DNA of 64,000 nt, taken from the NCBI GenBank assembly GCA_937900255.1, contig CALCDZ010000004.1, positions 100,413 to 164,412 on the forward strand. The letters run 5' to 3'. The notes below the pieces were generated by a model. It saw nothing but the letters and a program-made list of their open reading frames with translations. It was not told the origin of the DNA and searched no databases. The translations under genes were made by a program, and so were the position numbers. This document shows, piece after piece, positions 60,790 through 64,000 of the stretch. Numbering within the stretch: position 1 is the stretch's first letter; each line of letters starts with the position of its first letter. The DNA comes from an uncultured bacterium. GTDB taxonomy: Bacteria; Patescibacteriota; Patescibacteriia; SG8-24; DYFX01.

Positions 60790-63144
60790 ATGGGTTTTCG
60801 TTCTGGCATCACGTTCACGGCTTGCGCAGCGGCCTTGCCGTTGCTGTTCTTGTCCGCTCCTCATGCGGCGATGGCGGCGCCTGCGGCCGGGAGCCTCATC
60901 AAGCTGCCGGATGACCGCAATCCCAGGACGGACGCGGACAGCATCGTCTATTACTACGCCGCCGACGGCAAGCGGTACGTCTTTCCGGGCGACAAGATCT
61001 ATTTCAGCTGGTACCGGGATTTTTCCGGCGTGCGCACGGTCGATGCCGCGACCATGTCGTCCATCCCGCTCGGCGGCAACGTCAGCTATCGCCCCGGCAC
61101 GCGCCTCGTGAAGCTCGAGACCGACCCGAAAGTCTACGCCGTGGAACCGCGCGGCATCTTGCGGCCGCTCGCCTCCGAAGCGGCGGCCATCGGGCTGTAC
61201 GGACCCGATTGGGCCAAGCGTGTCGACGATCTTTCGGACGCGTTCTTCAGCGGATACCGTATCGGCGCTCCTTTGGACGGCAGCGCATTCCCTTCCGGTT
61301 CCGTCGTGCGCCGCGCTTCGGACGGCACCGTCTTTTACGTCGACGGCATGTCGCTCCGGCGGATCGCTTCGCCTTCGGTGCAGGCGGCGTTGGGGATTCG
61401 GGACGGTTTCGTCCTGCCCACGGCTCGTGACCTTTCGGGTTACGGGAACGGACCGGACCTCTCGTTCCCTGAACCGGCGCTCTACGATACGGCCCAGCTT
61501 GCCGACACGCAGGCCGTCGCGGCCGAGCGGGCGGCGTTCACGGTGCGGGCGGACGGCCTCGGGACGGACCGGGACTTCGTGATGGGCGCCAAGGGCGTCA
61601 CGCTCTTCCGCTTCAGCCTGCTCGCGAAATCGGGCGGGACGAACCACGTACGCGCCATCGCCCTGCGCGGATTCATCGACGCGCACGGAGGAGGGAAGGG
61701 CGGTTTCTCGACCGGGAGCGATAGCGCAGGCGGTACCGCCGTCTACGTCCGCGACCGCGTGCCGCAACTGAGCCTGTGCGATGCGCAGGGGAATGTCGTC
61801 GCCGGCCCCGCCACGGTCGATGCCGAAGGACGCGTCTCGTTTTCCGGCCTGGACCTCGCCGTCTCCGGCGGCGAAGAACGGGCGTATGCGTTGCGGGCCG
61901 ACCTCGCGACCGGCGGAAACTTCGGCGCGCTGCCGGACGCGATCGCGTTCGACGTGGAAGACGTCCCGCGCGACGTCGTCGTCACGGGCCCGGACGGGCA
62001 ATCGGTCGCCGAGGCGGGAACGTACCCGAACGGCGGGCTTCGTCCGCTCGAGAGCGTGACGGTCGCGCAGCAAGGACGCGCCGCTTTCACCTGGCGCGGG
62101 GAAAGCGGTCCGGCCGTGGCCGGACGGCGCGTGCTGCTTGGCACGCTCACGGCGGACGCCAAGGATGACGGTTACGACCTGCAGGCGATGGCCGTACGTT
62201 TCGTCGGGCAGCTGAGTTCCATCGACCGCGTCGAGCTGGAGTCGGGCGGGCAGACGGTCGGCATGCCGTACCCCGGCACCGTCGCCGATTTCGAGAACCT
62301 GCCGTTCAAGCTTATGCGCGACGGTGTGACGGTCGTCTCCGCTTATGCCGTCATGAAGCCCGCCTCCGACACGTATCGCGGCGAACGCATCCAGGCCGAC
62401 GTCTCCGGAGCGCAGCGCTTCCGTTTCGTTTCCCAAGCGAACGGCACGGTCTTCGACCAGGTCTCGCTTCGGGAGGATCCGCGCTTCCCGATCGTCTCGA
62501 CCGCCTCCGACCTGACGGCGCGTTCCACCGACCTCTCCTTCGCGGCAGCACCTGCGACGCCTGCCGGAGCGATACCTCGCGGGAGAGCCGTGCCGGTGCT
62601 GCGCTTTTCGGCGGCTGCGGGAACGTCCGGTCCGGCTCGCATCAGGTGGTTGACGTTCAAGATCGAGCCGGGTGATGCCGGTTCGCAAGGCACGCCGGAT
62701 GCGCTTGAGAACTGGGCGCGGATGGATGGCGACGCGCTCGATGACGTCGACGTGGTGAACCTCTGGCGCGACGACGCATCTTCTGGGTCTCCGATCGGGG
62801 AAGGGGACGACGCGCGGGGCGTCGGCATCGGGTATGCGGTCGTCGCGTCCGGAGTGAAGGATACGACCCCGGCCGGACGCGATTCCGCGCCCAAGGATTA
62901 CGGCTTGATCGCATACGATTTTTCCGAAGGGTACGAACCGGTGATCGCGGCCGGAGAGACGGCGCGTTTCACGTTGGAGTTGGCGACCGATCGCCTCGCG
63001 CCGGGCGCATGGAGCCTGAAAGCGAGCCTTTTGGGAGATCACGACATCCAGTGGAGCGACGCGACCGTCGGCTCGGCCGCGCCTATCACGGGCGTGGTCG
63101 TGCCGGGATTGCCGATCGAGTCGCCTCGATTGACGGTGCCATAA
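60790..63144 (+). CDS. Large secreted surface protein paralog (784 aa) sharing the N-terminal domain with 57089..60682
   Basis: Signal peptide. N-terminal YYYAADGKRYVFPGDKIYFSWYRDFSGVRTVD...GNVSYRPGTRLVKLETDPKVYAV aligns with the upstream protein. Confidence 0.7.
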   Translation: MGFRSGITFTACAAALPLLFLSAPHAAMAAPAAGSLIKLPDDRNPRTDADSIVYYYAADGKRYVFPGDKIYFSWYRDFSGVRTVDAATMSSIPLGGNVSYRPGTRLVKLETDPKVYAVEPRGILRPLASEAAAIGLYGPDWAKRVDDLSDAFFSGYRIGAPLDGSAFPSGSVVRRASDGTVFYVDGMSLRRIASPSVQAALGIRDGFVLPTARDLSGYGNGPDLSFPEPALYDTAQLADTQAVAAERAAFTVRADGLGTDRDFVMGAKGVTLFRFSLLAKSGGTNHVRAIALRGFIDAHGGGKGGFSTGSDSAGGTAVYVRDRVPQLSLCDAQGNVVAGPATVDAEGRVSFSGLDLAVSGGEERAYALRADLATGGNFGALPDAIAFDVEDVPRDVVVTGPDGQSVAEAGTYPNGGLRPLESVTVAQQGRAAFTWRGESGPAVAGRRVLLGTLTADAKDDGYDLQAMAVRFVGQLSSIDRVELESGGQTVGMPYPGTVADFENLPFKLMRDGVTVVSAYAVMKPASDTYRGERIQADVSGAQRFRFVSQANGTVFDQVSLREDPRFPIVSTASDLTARSTDLSFAAAPATPAGAIPRGRAVPVLRFSAAAGTSGPARIRWLTFKIEPGDAGSQGTPDALENWARMDGDALDDVDVVNLWRDDASSGSPIGEGDDARGVGIGYAVVASGVKDTTPAGRDSAPKDYGLIAYDFSEGYEPVIAAGETARFTLELATDRLAPGAWSLKASLLGDHDIQWSDATVGSAAPITGVVVPGLPIESPRLTVP

Positions 63145-63174
63145 GGCGTGCTACACTCCTTGTACTTGTCGAGG

Positions 63175-64000
63175 ATGATGAAGATCCCACGTGCCGTCAT
63201 TCCACCGAAGAAGATCCTGGCGGCCGTCCTTCTTGGGGCGGCCTGTTTTTTGCGCCCCGCCCTCCCGGCCGCGGCCGCCATCCCGAACGACCCGCAGTAC
63301 CATCGGGAATGGTATGCCGACGCCGTGCACCTGCCTGATGCCTGGGATTTTTCCAAAGGGGTACCGTCGGTGACCGTCGCCGTGCTCGACAGCGGCGTCG
63401 ACCTCTCGCATCCCGACCTGCGCGACCGCATCTGGACCAATCCGCGCGAGATTCCCGGCAACGGCATCGACGACGACAAGGACGGTTACGTGGACGACGT
63501 CTACGGCTGGGATTTCGTCGACAATGACGCGGACCCGGACCCCGAGGTGAAAGACGGCGGGCAGCAAGAAGGGTCCCAGCACGGCACGCTCGTGGCGGGC
63601 ATCATCGCGGCCGCCGGCGACAACGCCGAGGGCGTGACGGGTGCCGCCTGGAACGTCCGCATCATGCCGCTGCGGGTACTCGACAGCCAGGGCAACGGCA
63701 GTACCGACGCCGTCATCAAGGCCGTCCGCTATGCCGTGGCCAAAGGCGCGAGGATCATCAACCTCAGCTTCGAAGGTTCGGGCTACAGCCAGCCGTTGGC
63801 CGACGCGCTGCGCAAGGCGCACGACGCCGGCGTGCTCATCGTCGCTTCGGCCGGCAACGAAGGCGATACCGAACGCGGAGGCGACTTGAACGAGTATCCG
63901 AGCTACCCCGTCTGCTATCGCGGCGCCCATGACGAGCGCATCGTGTTCGGCGTCGCCTCGCTCGACCGTGCCGGCGTCAAATCGAGCTTCTCGAGCTACG
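63175..64000 (+). CDS. Subtilisin-like S8 serine peptidase (3'-truncated at the window end)
   Basis: Signal peptide. Asp box VAVLDSGVD. His box HGTLVAGIIAA. Not in the ORF track because no stop within the window. Confidence 0.85.
   Translation, partial: MMKIPRAVIPPKKILAAVLLGAACFLRPALPAAAAIPNDPQYHREWYADAVHLPDAWDFSKGVPSVTVAVLDSGVDLSHPDLRDRIWTNPREIPGNGIDDDKDGYVDDVYGWDFVDNDADPDPEVKDGGQQEGSQHGTLVAGIIAAAGDNAEGVTGAAWNVRIMPLRVLDSQGNGSTDAVIKAVRYAVAKGARIINLSFEGSGYSQPLADALRKAHDAGVLIVASAGNEGDTERGGDLNEYPSYPVCYRGAHDERIVFGVASLDRAGVKSSFSSY

Noticed and set aside
57026-63930. Minus-strand ORFs 57026..60724, 60772..63042, 63151..63930
   Set aside because: Antisense to the two large surface-protein genes and the S8 protease gene, all of which have signal peptides and conserved motifs on the plus strand.

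Overview
This is a 64-kb window of high-GC (about 65%) bacterial chromosome. No rRNA genes or CRISPR arrays were found. The conserved core includes the following:
- a 5'-partial sensor histidine kinase
- tRNA-Asp(GTC)
- the infC-rpmI-rplT operon
- a complete Rrf2-sufBDSUC-sufT Fe-S assembly operon
- cspA
- smpB with an adjacent tmRNA-like gene
- an ECF sigma factor with a downstream membrane protein
- a surface-glycan locus: Wzz-like protein, O-antigen-ligase family protein, two GT4 glycosyltransferases, and a GH-like/FG-GAP protein

Many secreted repeat proteins are also present:
- a LamG + thrombospondin-type-3 protein
- a collagen-like beta-barrel protein
- several Cys-rich proteins
- two paralogous proteins of about 1200 and 780 aa with S-layer-like architecture
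- an S8 protease truncated at the window end

The most striking region is a 10.6-kb lower-GC island (26606..37238). It is bounded by an 11-bp direct repeat, TGGTGGAGATG, that matches the 3' end of the tmRNA-like gene. It ends with tandem tyrosine and large-serine recombinases plus an excisionase-type HTH. It also carries a DUF5659 protein, a wHTH protein and an iteron-like repeat region. As cargo it holds a translationally coupled three-gene operon that is the best candidate for an undescribed abortive-infection/defense-like system. That operon encodes a 1266-aa protein with no recognisable NTPase motif, a 118-aa three-TM protein, and a 361-aa protein with a HEPN-like R-x4-H-G motif.

Other notable points:
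- a signal-peptide-bearing 59-aa Gly/His-rich peptide gene lies below the 60-aa ORF cutoff
- a pair of roughly 50-nt hairpin repeats lies near two small genes
- an FMN-binding lipoprotein is paired with ApbE
- long antisense ORFs throughout the high-GC DNA were judged spurious
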